Below, piece after piece: positions 50,803 through 64,000 of a DNA stretch of 64,000 nucleotides; position 1 is the stretch's first letter; every line of letters starts with the position of its first letter. Under the pieces are notes generated by a model. That model did not search any database. It was not told the DNA's origin and saw nothing but the letters and a program-made list of their open reading frames with translations. This DNA is from Octopus bimaculoides. Its lineage: Eukaryota. The DNA lies in contig NC_068982.1 of NCBI RefSeq assembly GCF_001194135.2, positions 180,502,862-180,566,861 on the forward strand, read 5' to 3'. Position numbers and translations under genes: made by a program.

Positions 50803-53358
50803 AATAATTCTGATTTGGGCGAAAAATCTATTGACCTATTGTACATACAGTATGTATGTAGGGTTTACACAAACAGGCTAGCTTTTCTTTATCAAGATCA
50901 TAGCGAATCAAACTAGATATGAATGTTGAGTATGCCGTTGGAGAAAGAAAGTGTGGGTACGTTCAAAACAACTTTTAATTGATAAAATTAAACTCTATGT
51001 CAGAAGCAAACAAACAAAAAAGAGTAAGAAAATCTTGTGAAAAATAAGACGTTTATTCTTCACTCATCATTAGATTGGCTACTACTTTGCTGTTATCATT
51101 GACGAACTTAATCAACACTTTTCACCTTGTATGTAACTGAAAGCACAACTATTGTCTCCAATATAAACCGTTCCTGAGTTATATTCCAATAAGACACTTT
51201 GACACTGATGGTATTTGGTCTATATACACTGGGGAAAAAAAGCATCTTTCAAATGGAAATTATATATGCCAACAATTTTTCTATACATGCTACTTGTACC
51301 TAGGTGGTGACGAAAATGTATCATATAAAATTATTACGGACAGAATGACATGTGTAGTAAACAAATTTATACATTATACTGCTAAGTAAGAAAATCTGGC
51401 TGCCAGATATTTTTCTAAGAAAAATGTATCTCACAATACAAGATTATACGTTGATCTATCTGCACCTCAGAAAGTGATGGCCATTAATGTATGGAATTGT
51501 GCTGATTTGGTTCATGAACATTTAAGGTAAACGCAAGTGTTTAGGATTGCCACAGATCTCTGCATGTACGACTTTGTAAAAGAAAAGTAATTTGTAAGAA
51601 TTATTTATTCTATCAATAGTTGAGCATGTGGTGAGCCGCGGGGTGTACTCATGACACGCCAGTTGAGTTCAATCATGTCATACATTTCTCTAATCAAGAA
51701 CTTTAGGCTAGAAGAAAGTGCATGACATCTGTTACGACATATATATATATATATATATATATAATAATATTATTAGNNNNNNNNNNNNNNNNNNNNNNNN
51801 NNNNNNNNNNNNNNNNNNNNNNNNNNNNNNNNNNNNNNNNNNNNNNNNNNNNNNNNNNNNNNNNNNNNNNNNNNNNNNNNNNNNNNNNNNNNNNNNNNNN
51901 NNNNNNNNNNNNNNNNNNNNNNNNNNNNNNNNNNNNNNNNNNNNNNNNNNNNNNNNNNNNNNNNNNNNNNNNNNNNNNNNNNNNNNNNNNNNNNNNNNNN
52001 NNNNNNNNNNNNNNNNNNNNNNNNNNNNNNNNNNNNNNNNNNNNNNNNNNNNNNNNNNNNNNNNNNNNNNNNNNNNNNNNNNNNNNNNNNNNNNNNNNNN
52101 NNNNNTATATGATATATATATACATACATATATACATATATGTATATATACATATATACATATATACATATGTACATATATACATACATACATACATATA
52201 TACATATATACATATATACATTATACATACACACACACATATCATTAAGTTTCAGTTGCCATAGGTACTTAAACAGAGGCACCTTGCTCATTCGGTATAG
52301 TCCGCACACTTCAACAATATTAATTAAATATCGAACATCACAGACTCCGCGTAGAGGTGTTTGTACCTAATATTTCTGCCGTGTGTGCAGACAAGGGAAC
52401 CCAGCTATGTGAAGATATCCGCACTTGGTAATTCAGATATCTACTTTTTATATACGTTTTATATAAAGGTACTTTCAATAGTATTTCCGAAGTGTAGATT
52501 CCATGTTAGGCAAGCAGAATATAAAGAAATGACGAAGATGTACAAGTGTCAATACATTATGGCCATTTCGAGAGGCTCCATTTAATTGATTAATGAGAAC
52601 ATCACATCAATTTCACATACATCGCTCTCTTCGGAGACTGCGGAAACTAGAATATTTATATTGTTTCCTATTGTTATATATGTGGCAGAATGAGTTTAGA
52701 AGATAATGCATACCTTGTTAAGCCTACGATAATATAGAGAGTAGCAGGGGAAATAGTGGGGGTTAAGATAGAAGAAATGGTGAGGTGGATACTTACGCGT
52801 AGAAGAATTTATGTAGCATGTAGTCTTCAACTATTTAGAATTAAATTTCTAGGGAGTTGTCAACTGTATTCTAGTTGATGGTGATAAATCAATTAAAGTC
52901 AAATAATCTGTTCGACTCTCAATACACTGGAACCATACATGTAGTTTTATCTACATAAAAGGGTATTTCACAGAGTTGCTGGTAAGTGAATGACTGATGA
53001 GGAAGGGGTGGTCACTGGAAGAAAGAAGGATTGGGGTGAGCGATACTTATTTAGATTGTCAAACAAAGAGGAATGTACTGAAAACCCAAAAAGAGATAAG
53101 TAACATAAGCTTTAGGAGTGGAAATTAGAATTGAAGGATGCGGGAGATAGTAATTTATAACTTCTGTTATCCATTATGCTAATTGAAAAAATTTAAATCA
53201 ATATAAAGAATGAGGATAGAAATTAAACTTAAAAGCTAATAATAGGATACTATATATAAGAAGAACTAATAAGACTTTTCTAAAGCAACATGTTAGACTA
53301 GTCATAAAAAAAACACATTTTATAATGAATGTTAAACTAGTCATAGAAAAAAAAAAAA

Positions 53359-54013
53359 TTTGAGAAGTCTGCTACAGAGACATTGAGCATGCCTCAGCAA
53401 GCTTGCGGCAACGAGGCAATGGGTCGTACACAAAACTTCGAATGGCACTGGCGCCTCAAAAATGAAAGACGATAAGCGATCCGAAAGACCTGCCACAAAC
53501 GTCACCGCCGGAAATAAGGAGACAATTCATGAACTCGTGCATGAGGATCGTCAAAGGACAATCAACGACGTTTTGAAGAGTTTGAGGGAGAACATTGGGC
53601 GAAAGTGGCTGGATCTGTGGAGCACGAAGAATTGGATTCTTCATGAGGACAATGCACTCTGTCACTGAGGTCTCCTCGCTCATGAGTTTCTCGCCAAAAG
53701 CAACATGGTATCGCTTCCGCACCCGCCGTATTCGCCAGGTTTAGCACCCGCGGGCTTCTGTCTCTTCTTCAAGATGAAAATACCACTCAAATGTCGCCGT
53801 TTTATCACAGTTGTCGAGATCAAGATTGAATCGCAGAAGGTCGTCGACTCACAGAAAACGACTTCCAGGGCGGATTCCAAAAGTGGAAGGAACGCTGAAA
53901 CCAGTGTATGCGGCGCAAGGTGACGATTTTGAAGGAGATGATGTTAAAACTTAGGTAAATAAGTTATTTCATATTAAACATGGCAAGTCTGTGAACATTT
54001 TGATACCACCTCG
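53359..54013 (+). mobile_element. Internally deleted mariner (a different lineage from 13383-14667)
   Basis: KSATETLSMPQQACGNEAMGRTQNFEWHWRLKN, DDKRSERP, WILHEDNALCH and LPHPPYSPGLAPAGFCLFFKMK. The 3' TIR ends TTTTGATACCACCTCG-TA; the 5' TIR is absent. Confidence 0.9.
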
Positions 54014-54299
54014 TATTGTGAAATTTCCCTTGTCGATAAGTCTTAAGGATGCAATACGTGTTATAAACGCATTTGTATAAATCCCCTTGAAACATGCAAT
54101 ATTTATTTTCAGCTCTTTGATTTTGCATGGTTGAGATAACCTGGGTTTAATGCACACTGGAATTCATATTATATGCTTGAGCTAAACGTCAAGTATATAT
54201 AACTTCGCATTGGGATGAGAGCTTTTATGTTGAAAGAAGTGTTACAGAAAATGTTTCTGTACTTACGATTTACTGGAAATTCCTCAATAAAAGATATAA

Positions 54300-54980
54300 G
54301 AATTTCTTACATTGATTTTAACCTTTAAGAATGAAAAGGTTAAGAAAAAGTGGTTGTACGTTCAAAATAATTTTACGTTTATTTTTGTATTTGAAGTTTG
54401 TAGTATTTGGCTATATGGATCGTAGGGAATTTTCTTCTTGAAACTTGGCCTCTGTTGCCGTAAGTAGCCACTTTAAGTTTTCGTAAGACAAGTAAAGACG
54501 AGACGTTCTGGTTATATAAAAGATTAAGTTTTTGAACCACACAATGGAGTAGTAGAATAGTTTGTTAATATACGTCCACTTTTAATTTGGTGTTTGAAAA
54601 CTCATGAAAAGCGTGGATGTACTTGATTCTGAAGTAGTCAGCGATGCATCTAAGGAGACAGCATCAGTTAAGTTAGTAGTTCTAGTAATTCTTAGCCTGA
54701 GGCTCTTGATAGTGACCTTGACTATTTTTTAAAAAGTTTTTCTAGAGTGTAGATATCTGAAATGTGTGATAATATAAGCCGGTGTCTTGGTAAAAATCAA
54801 AAAAGTAATTAGTAGACTTGTTTTAAGCAGAGCTAGTAAATACATCTCGACTATATTGCAATGTTAACGAAAAGCAGAATTTTACGTGCATTCATAATTA
54901 TCTCAATACCTAGTTCACCAATAATAACATGTATGCTGACATATTTTATGACCTTAACTCCCATATAAAGCTGTGTGCTT
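54300..54980 (-). mobile_element. Decayed CR1/L2-type RT relic
   Basis: Minus strand FLKNSQGHYQEPQAKNY...IHAFHEF...KVDVY (cf. PI.KKG....NYRPISL, QHGF, VDVIY). Confidence 0.45.
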
Positions 54981-56954
54981 GTTCCTAATGTCTTTGGAGC
55001 AGTTGATAATTGCGTTACTCTTAGTCAAATGTCGATGCGCATTTACCTTTCTTTACTTGTTATTTCTATCCCATGTGATATACTAAAGTTATGACTACTT
55101 TTCGTTTAGCTAATTATTCTCTTTCCTAATATTGATACTAATTTTTTTCTCATTTTTCTCTTCACTGATAGTACAAAAAACTTAAAGCAGTTGTTTTTAT
55201 TTTAAATTTCTTAGTTACCTACCGAGCAATAATTGTCTACTTCATAGAAGGTGTTCGTCTTGCTTGAAATTACAGATTTATTATTTGAGACTTGTTGGAA
55301 TAGCGATCACCTTATTGATGCAATATTTAATTATTTTTCATGCACTGGATGAAAGGTAATAAATTACAATAAAAGGTATTAACATGTAGAATTTACTGGC
55401 ACCCTTGACGAACATTCACAAGGCTATCGAAGCACGTTAAAGAATTGATTCGCCATTGCAGACAATAACTAAACTTGGCTCTATTGTACATGCGTCTACT
55501 TAGTTTCTACCATCATATTCTAATCTCAAACCATTGGAAGAGAAATTTGCCCAAGTTACTGCGCAGTATAACCGAATCCGGAACAACTTTGTTGCATAGC
55601 TAACCTCTTTGTAACACAATTTTATCTACACCTACTTAAATTTCTCTAGTTTGTTGGCAGTCATTATGGTTCTGATAATGGAAGTAGTGGACAAGCTATG
55701 TATATTTATTTGTGAAAATATCTTCTGTGAAGGCGTTTTAAGTTTGTGATACAACCTTCAGATTGTCTTTTAGCTCGACACATTAATTCCTATGAGCTAT
55801 TATGTGGGCAGTAATTATGTTACCGCGGCTGTCTTTTGGTAGTCGCTTTCACTTGTTCCTGGGTGTGCTGCTAATTATATTGTCTTCAGTTATCTGTTCG
55901 GCGATAATTTACATACAATTTTAACTAACGATTAGTTTTTTTATTACCGCGTTTGTGATAATTGTAGTTGGTGATAAAATATTTTCTAATCAACGCTTGG
56001 AAATTCCAAGCTACATTAAGAATTCATGTTTATCTTCAGTCTGCACATATTTAGAAAGGTCATTTTTGTTGCTTTTTCTAATTCTAATTCATAAAAAAAG
56101 ACGTTAAACTAAGGACTGATTCGGATTTTGCTTTTTCCTTGATTGTAAATTTGTCAGAGTTGTTCTGGTACCTACTTCAGCTCCTCCCATTTTATTTTAG
56201 TGAGCAGAGAGGAACTGCGCCCATGAAATTTGCAAAACCTCCCAACCGCACTGACGCGGAAGGTGTTCGTTTGAGCAGCTGTGCTCTAGGATAATCCTGA
56301 TTGCTGCCGTATATTCTCCAGCTAGTGCAAGTTCCTACAATCGAGGTAAGTATGGAGGTATCGGTATTTCTTCGATGTAGACTTGCGTGATACTCCAACC
56401 ACTGCCAGTTCGATTATCCATATGACAGGAGAAGATAGCTCAGTAATGAAGTGTTGTTTCCTTTTTTTCACAGCTACTGTGATCAAAGAAGACTGATACT
56501 TCGTTTCAAATGCCGAAGACTGGCTGTAGGCTGTGCACTTAGAGAAAAAAACAGAACTGATTATCACAGCTGTTTTTCTTCTCTCAATCTATTTTTCTAT
56601 AGCCTTCATCTTGCAGAACGTCTTCACAAAACACCAGAGCACTGTACGTAAGTCACACTCACTAAGCCTAAGAAACCCTAGCTGCTGTTGTTTTCGACAG
56701 ATGTTCTGACGGGAACCTTAAGTACAGCCTATAAAAGTTGTCGTACTGCATTGCACTCATTAACCGTCTAGAGCAGAGATTCTCAACGTGAGCGCTACCT
56801 GCCCTAAGGGGGAGCTGGGTATGTTGAAAGGGTCGTTAGGCTTTCGGGGGCGGTGGGGTAACATAATTTGCATACTAAATCTTACCTGTAGTAGTAATTA
56901 TATTATACATGATTAATCTAGTAATGGTTATTAAGATGGAAGATAAGTATATAT

Positions 56955-57167
56955 CTTTTTCTACTCTAGGCACAAAGCCGGAAATGTTTTGTGGGCGCCA
57001 GTTGATTAGATCAACCCCAGTACACAACTGGTACTTAATTTATCGACTCCGAAAGGATGAAAGGCAAAGTCAGCCTTTGCGGAATTTGAACTCAGAACGT
57101 AAAGACGGGTGAAATAACGCTAAGCATTTCGCCCGATGTGGTAACGCTTCTGCCAGCTCGCTACCTT
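56955..57167 (-). mobile_element. Family A SINE
   Basis: GGTACTTAATTTATCGACTCCGAAAGGATGAAAGGCAAAGTC...GGAATTTGAACTCAGAACG...CTGCCAGCTCGC. Confidence 0.92.
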
Positions 57168-59333
57168 AAAGATACGTATATATCATGGCTAAAGGCGTAT
57201 TTGCAGAAGAATAATTGATTTTTACCGATCTTAAAATACCCGAGAATTCCATTTCTTTCTGATGTCTTTTCTACTCAACAAAGTTCGCAGGAGGTAACTA
57301 TCGACTCGAATAATAATTCCGAAGCTCAAATATATTTCCAGCTGATTAGTTATGAACCATTCTGGGCAAAAATGCAAAGCAAGTATTCTCAAATTTGGCA
57401 AGAAATCAAATTACTCTTCATTGCCCTTACTTCTTCATATTTTGTAAAGAATGGATTCAGTGCGGTGTCGCTTTGCGATAAGCGACAGAGGCAACATACG
57501 ACTTGTTTTGACGAACATTGAATCTGGTACAGAAAATTTAGCTACATCTCATCAGGCACAGGGTAGTCATTAAGCTTGTAAGACATAAAGTAAATTTAAA
57601 ACTGTTGTCTTTATTAATTTTTTATCATTCCACTTTTAAAGATCAACGTAATCCGCTTTTTCACAACCATCGGAGCGCGAAGCACTCTTGACGAACGCGG
57701 GTTCGTAAGATTGGTTTGATCTGTAAATAGTTCTGAGTACGAACCAGAAAAATAACTATGAGCACACAATGCGCATGTGTGCACTGAACTCGTAACACGG
57801 AAGAGAAGAATAAGAACACAATGCGCATGTCAAAATAAAACAGAAGAGTATAATAAACGCGCAATGCCAAACAAGTTGTATGATGGTCTGCATGCCTCGT
57901 GTGATACCACTATCATGCTACTTTGCCTCAATTTTCTTGTTTAAGTAAAATTTTAAAGTCATCATCCATGTTCAGTTAGTTTAATCGTGATACTCCACTT
58001 GCCACTTAGGTGGGTGCTAGGCATAACAGCTGCTTAAAAAGGAGTACTACAAAAAAAAAAAAAAGAAATGAAAAGGTTATGAGCCGTTGGTCAAGAGTAT
58101 TTCTCTATTCCTACACGTTATTATAGTTATTGACTTCGTTTTCCTCGTCATTTTGATGGGTCTAGTCCATGAGTTTCTAGCAACCACCCTCACTACGAAC
58201 CAAGTGTGTAGCGGTACCAATTTAGTAGACAAGTATCGGATAACAACTCTTCGATTACATTTTATTAGTAGAACTAAGAACGACCTAAAACACACACACT
58301 CGCACAAAAGATACAAACATAGAAACACACAAACATACATGCACACCTACACACACGAATTTACGTGTACATATAACACACATATGCACACAAACACATG
58401 AGTAATAAAAATCGCCAGGAATCCTCATGTGAAATTTCAGTCGTGAACAGCATGAGGAACAACACTATAACTAACATTATCAAAACCAAGGGACTGAGAG
58501 ACATGAATGAGCAAAAAATGTATCTGGCAATGATATAGAGTAATATCTCCTGGAGACATGTTTTAATGTTAAGCAAACGTATGCTACACTCCTAGTGGTT
58601 TTAGTACGCCTCATTCTTACTCGGAATTTCTGGTATACGTACAAAAGCAATTCATCACACTAATTGATGGATATTGTTTGCATACTACCATGTTTCTCAC
58701 AACATTCACAGATAGAATGGCTTCTTAAGTATACCGACATAATGGCTGACGCTTCTACCATGCAACAGGTTGTATTCCACTAAATTACCTGTAGAGTTAC
58801 ATAGCGACCTTCAATATACACGCAGAAAGCGTATATGTTTGTTTGAATGCATGTACATATTAATGAGTGTGTTCCTGTGTGTATGTCTTCTTGTATATGT
58901 TAACGTGTATGTATTTATGAGATATTCTTGTATTAAGTCAAACCCTCATTCTATGAATTTTCGTAATCCATTGTTAACTAAGTTCGTCAGTACTTAGTCA
59001 CGATATAAATGAGAATTTAATCTGACAGATGGATAATGAAGAAATTCTAACAATTACGTACTATGACAATTCAATCTACGTTTTCAGTTGTCCCATTGAT
59101 TGATTACCAAGCTTTTCTAAATCATGCTTTTCTTATTCATAGTCATTAAAAGATTTTAGCCGTTTATAAAGTTTCTTCTCCTAATTTCTCGATTAGAAAT
59201 TGTTGTTTCTATAATATCAAGTTAACAAGGACAAGACTGTATGCATGTATGCATGTATGTATGTATATGTGTATGTATGTACGTATTTATGTATGGGAAT
59301 GTATGTGTGTGCTTGCTTGTGCGTCTTTGTATG

Positions 59334-59373
<40 letters not shown>

Positions 59374-60219
59374 TGAAAAAGTCTATAGTAAAGGCACAAA
59401 AATAGAAACAGAATGGCAAGTTAAAAAATAAGTGGGTAAATTTATATATATATTTATATTTATATATATGCATATGTATGTGTGTGTGTGTGTATAGACA
59501 CACACACACACACATATATATATATGAGTATGTAAAGAGCTCGGGGTGGGGGAATATATATGTTTAAATTAACAATCAACAATACCATACTAGTAATTGT
59601 AGAACTCTACACTTGGGGATAAACGGATTTATACTTGTAATATATACGTATACATACATGCGCGAACACACACATTCACACACGTACATATAATTATATA
59701 CACACATATATATATATACGCACACACAAACATGCGCACACAAAGACACGCACCTACAAACAGAAACACATATACAAATATGTTTATATATTCGTATATG
59801 CGTATATACAGTGTTCTATTAAAGACAGAGCAGCGTTCTAGCTTTTCTTTTCCTTATCACAGCTTTAGTATCTTACAGTTTGTGGCGTTCAACGTTTCTA
59901 GACATACACGGGATTTAGGAATTTTATTGTTACAAACTGCAAAAAAAAAAAAAATAATAATAATAAAAAAATGAATAATCTGATACGAAAATATGAAAAA
60001 TTGGATATATAAAATTTAATGCTTGAACATAATCGCGTGTTAAATGAAAGACACAAACATATATANNNNNNNNNNNNNNNNNNNNNNNNNNNNNNNNNNN
60101 NNNNNNNNNNNNNNNNNNNNNNNNNNNNNNNNNNNNNNNNNNNNNNNNNNNNNNNNNNNNNNNNNNNNNNNNNNNNNNNNNNNNNNNNNNNNNNNNNNNN
60201 NTATATATATATCATCTCT

Positions 60220-60565
60220 TACTTTTATCTATCGATAAGAAGCGATCGAATATTTTCATTTTAAAAGTTTAGTATTTATTCTAATTCTTTTGTAAAGCTT
60301 GTAGCTACCTGGGACGTAAACAAACAACACCAGTTATCAAGCGGTGATGAGACGAACAGAAAGACGTGTGCGAGCACACACAGACACAAACATACACGCA
60401 TATACGTATTCGACGGACCTCTACGCAGTTTCTGTCTACCAAATTCACATGCAACGTATTGCTCGGCGCAGGACTATTGCAGTGGTTAATCTACCAAGGG
60501 GTCACGTTGTGAGACCAAACTGGAAACGACTTGGTTGCGACGCAGTTTTCTTAACTACACGATCA
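60220..60565 (-). mobile_element. Degenerate full-length family B SINE (another relic at about 55480-55620)
   Basis: CAGTTTCTGTCTACCAAATTCAC...GACTATTGCAG...CTTAACTACACG is the reverse of the 30531 layout, including the internal CA tract. Confidence 0.75.
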
Positions 60566-61478
60566 TAATTGTGTCTATTTTCCACTCTGCGTTTTTTCTT
60601 CTCAAAATTTCATTGTCTAGTACACACATATACCTACTGGGGTCGACGTCGAGCGAATATAGATACAGTATTAGAGACTGCGTTTTTGAATGTGATTTCG
60701 TTTTTAATTTGGCAAAGTGTTATTTAATGGACATTTAGCTGTAATATCAGATTTTCCTATTGGCCTGTTGTAAAATAATGTGATTGAAATGTCAGTCAGT
60801 TTTAATGGCTGGAATGTTAATCTTTAGGAGTAGATTATCCCAGCTTTGGGTATTTATCGGATATTTTAATCTGTTTAAAGAAGTTACAAAGACAGACAGT
60901 GTATACCTGGGGTTGTTTTGTGTGAAGAATCTGAAGATGATATCAATGCTTCTAAACGCAAGCACGTACACAATTAAACTCAGTTACACTCACACACACA
61001 TGCACACACACACACATGCACACACACACATGCACACACACACATACATAAATACACACAAATACATACGGGCGCGCACGCACCTAGACACAATGTAAAT
61101 GCACGTATATAAGTGCATACGTATATATATATATATATATATATATNNNNNNNNNNNNNNNNNNNNNNNNNNNNNNNNNNNNNNNNNNNNNNNNNNNNNN
61201 NNNNNNNNNNNNNNNNNNNNNNNNNNNNNNNNNNNNNNNNNNNNNNNNNNNNNNNNNNNNNNNNNNNNNNNNNNNNNNNNNNNNNNNNNNNNNNNNNNNN
61301 NNNNNNNNNNNNNNNNNNNNNNNNNNNNNNNNNNNNNNNNNNNNNNNNNNNNNNNNNNNNNNNNNNNNNNNNNNNNNNNNNNNNNNNNNNNNNNNNNNNN
61401 NNNNNNNNNNNNNNNNNNNNNNNNNNNNNNNNNNNNNNNNNNNNNNNNNNNNNNNNNNNNNNNNNNNNNNNNNNNNNN

Positions 61479-61570
<92 letters not shown>

Positions 61571-61900
61571 GAGAGATACATACATACATACAAACATGTG
61601 TCTGTATAAATACATATGTATATGTATGCTTCTGCGCTACCAGTGCATATGTATTTCTATATACATGTCTGTGTTTGCTAAATGTTTAATGGAGAGACTA
61701 TTAAGGAAGGGAATTAAATGAAGCTTCTTCGGAAATGTTTTAGCTTGATTCATGGTTAAAGTGTATCTAGTCGTAGAGATCAACCATTGTCCTCAAATAC
61801 GGTAGAGGATTTAAGTTTAAGGAATAGTAATATTTTACGCATAATAAACAACATTGTTGTAGTTATTGTTATTGTTATTATTATTATTATTATTATTGTA

Positions 61901-61975
<75 letters not shown>

Positions 61976-62672
61976 GCTTTTGTTGTTGCTGCTGTTGCTG
62001 TTACTTGTGTTGTTGTTGTTGTTGATGTTATTGCAGAAGCAATAATAATAAAAACGACAATATGGAATATAGATTGATGCTTATATTAATGCATCCATTC
62101 GTATATGCACGCACATATAACACATATAAGAATATGATACACACGTACATATTGATATATCACATGTACATACTCGCTTCCATAAAATATGCATAGATAA
62201 ACAGATATAAATATTAATTTATCTCCACGTAAGTGTCTGTACGTGTCAGTGACACGAGAAACATCGTGATAAAAGAATATTTAATAAAAGAGACTATGTA
62301 TACCATACTCTGGAATAGTATTTGCCCAAGTTCCCTTCGCAATCTTTCGTCCATAGATAATGTAATCAATAAATCCCGTTTTCGACATAAATTGGCCTTG
62401 TGCCTTCACATAAGATGTGGTGTTTTCCTAAGTAAACGGAGATCAAGTTAGAACAGCTGATATACTTTACTGGGTGACTATAGATTGAGATAGACTAGCG
62501 CATGTAGTTATTGGGGAACTGTAACTGGCAATGATGTCGAACATAACTGTAAACAATAATTATTTTATGGCAATTTTCTGACAGATAAATAAATAATATA
62601 TTCTACCATATTTGAACAGAAGCCAAGTTCTTTGTGCCGTTGTCTGTTCTACTAAACAGCCCTTTATGGTCA

Positions 62673-62718
<46 letters not shown>

Positions 62719-63297
62719 GTAAGCGTCTACATGTACATACATACCTACGTACATACATATAAATGTTTGTGTGCGTGCTTGTGTGTGTTGCAAGAATCAC
62801 ATTATTTATGGGGACTCTCCCGCCTCACACACATTTACACATACATTCACACCCACACACACTCACTCACAAACGCTCACGCGAACACATGCGCATACAT
62901 ACTTACATACATACATACAGACACACGTGAACAGTGTGATCGATTAAACAATTACTAGACTGCAATTCGGTTCTACTATGAAAGACATTGAGGGTGATAA
63001 TTTTTAACTGGAACAAGTCTAAGCGTATATGTCGTTATATGGAAATAACTTGTTTCTTTTTAAACGGAATATTATTCCTCATCGATTAGATTTAGAAATA
63101 AATGTCGTTGACATATCTAAAAATTACTGCTCATAAAATTTTGGGTAATTTATCATATATATATATATTTTTTAGAAATTACCCTAAATTTAGAATCAAC
63201 ACAAATACTCTGTATTAAGAAGGAAAATGAATTCAGCTTCAAACATGAATATAGCTTGAAACAAACTAGCGATTGAAATTAATATTTTAGGAACAAC

Positions 63298-63835
63298 AAA
63301 GCGGCGAAGTGGCAGAATCGACAGGATGCTGGGCAAAATGCTTTATAACATTTCGTCTTTGAGTTCTGAGTTCAAATACCGCCGACGTCGTCGTCGACTT
63401 TCATTCTTTCGGGGTCGATAAAATAACTACAAGTCGAATACTGGGGTCGATGTAATCGACTTATAACCACCCCTGAACTTGCTGGACTTGTACTAAAATT
63501 TGAAGTCAATACTACTGCTTCATCGTAAATAACCTCATTCAAGTAAAATGCCCCTTATTTCTACGAATTATTAAAACACGAGATGATTACAATGGAATAA
63601 TTACATAAACAGTAATAATTTTTTAAACTTTGACACAAGGCCAGCAATTTCGGAGATGAGTCAATTACATCGATCCCAGAGTTCAACTCGTACATATTTT
63701 ATCGACCCCGAGAGGTCGAAATGCAAAGTGGACCTTGGTAGGTTTTCAGATCAGAATATTGAGACGGACTAAATGCTGATAAGCGTTTTGTCCGGCGTGC
63801 TAACGATTCTGCCAGCTGGCCGCATTTCATAAGGC
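63298..63835. mobile_element. Inverted pair of family A SINEs (+ 63298-63512; - 63620-63835)
   Basis: Head GGCGAAGTGGCAGAATCG...GAGTTCAAATACC, and reverse copy ...CGTGCTAACGATTCTGCCAGCTGGCCGC followed by (AAT)n. Confidence 0.9.
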
Positions 63836-63840
63836 GTAAC

Positions 63841-63924
<84 letters not shown>

Positions 63925-64000
63925 GCTGTCCCAGTTATAAGCTACAGATACAACATCCTTAACTGGACACTAAACGAACTATGTAAAATAGACAGGAAAA

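Noticed and set aside
56774-56880. CAGAGATTCTCAAC, a hAT/Charlie-like left end
   Set aside because: No matching right end or 8-bp TSD found.
58087-58401. Hydrophobic ORF resembling a transmembrane segment
   Set aside because: No ATG or acceptor, with an upstream stop. It fits a decayed LFLIYIND RT motif continuing into relic sequence at 58420-58760.

Overview
This is a eukaryotic, very AT-rich, repeat-dense scaffold segment with 12 N-gaps totalling about 3.7 kb, almost all bordered by (TA)n or (TG)n. The tRNA-derived SINE families look like those of octopus/coleoid cephalopods. This is inference from remembered repeat sequences, not from a search. I found no confidently identifiable host protein-coding gene, rRNA, tRNA or CRISPR array. 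The ORFs in the track are microsatellite or gap artefacts, or transposon relics. The contents are: more than 25 SINE copies from 2-3 families; many decayed CR1/L2-type, RTE-like, Tx1-like and R4/Dong non-LTR retroelement fragments; one full-length mariner nested inside an R4/Dong element; a deleted second mariner; and a deleted maT (DD37D)-type element. The least ordinary observations are five. (1) A 2.1-kb foldback element (8853-10979) has about 650-bp inverted arms and an exact 8-bp target duplication. (2) A circularly permuted, terminally redundant fragment of that same family lies at 41296-41521. (3) A CpG-rich insert of about 320 bp is flanked by 20-bp direct repeats and carries a 44-aa ORF. 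(4) A SINE dimer sits inside one 12-bp target duplication. (5) Abutting inverted SINE pairs could form long dsRNA. I see no evidence for a complete novel multi-gene system. All coordinates and translations were read by eye, and relic boundaries are approximate.
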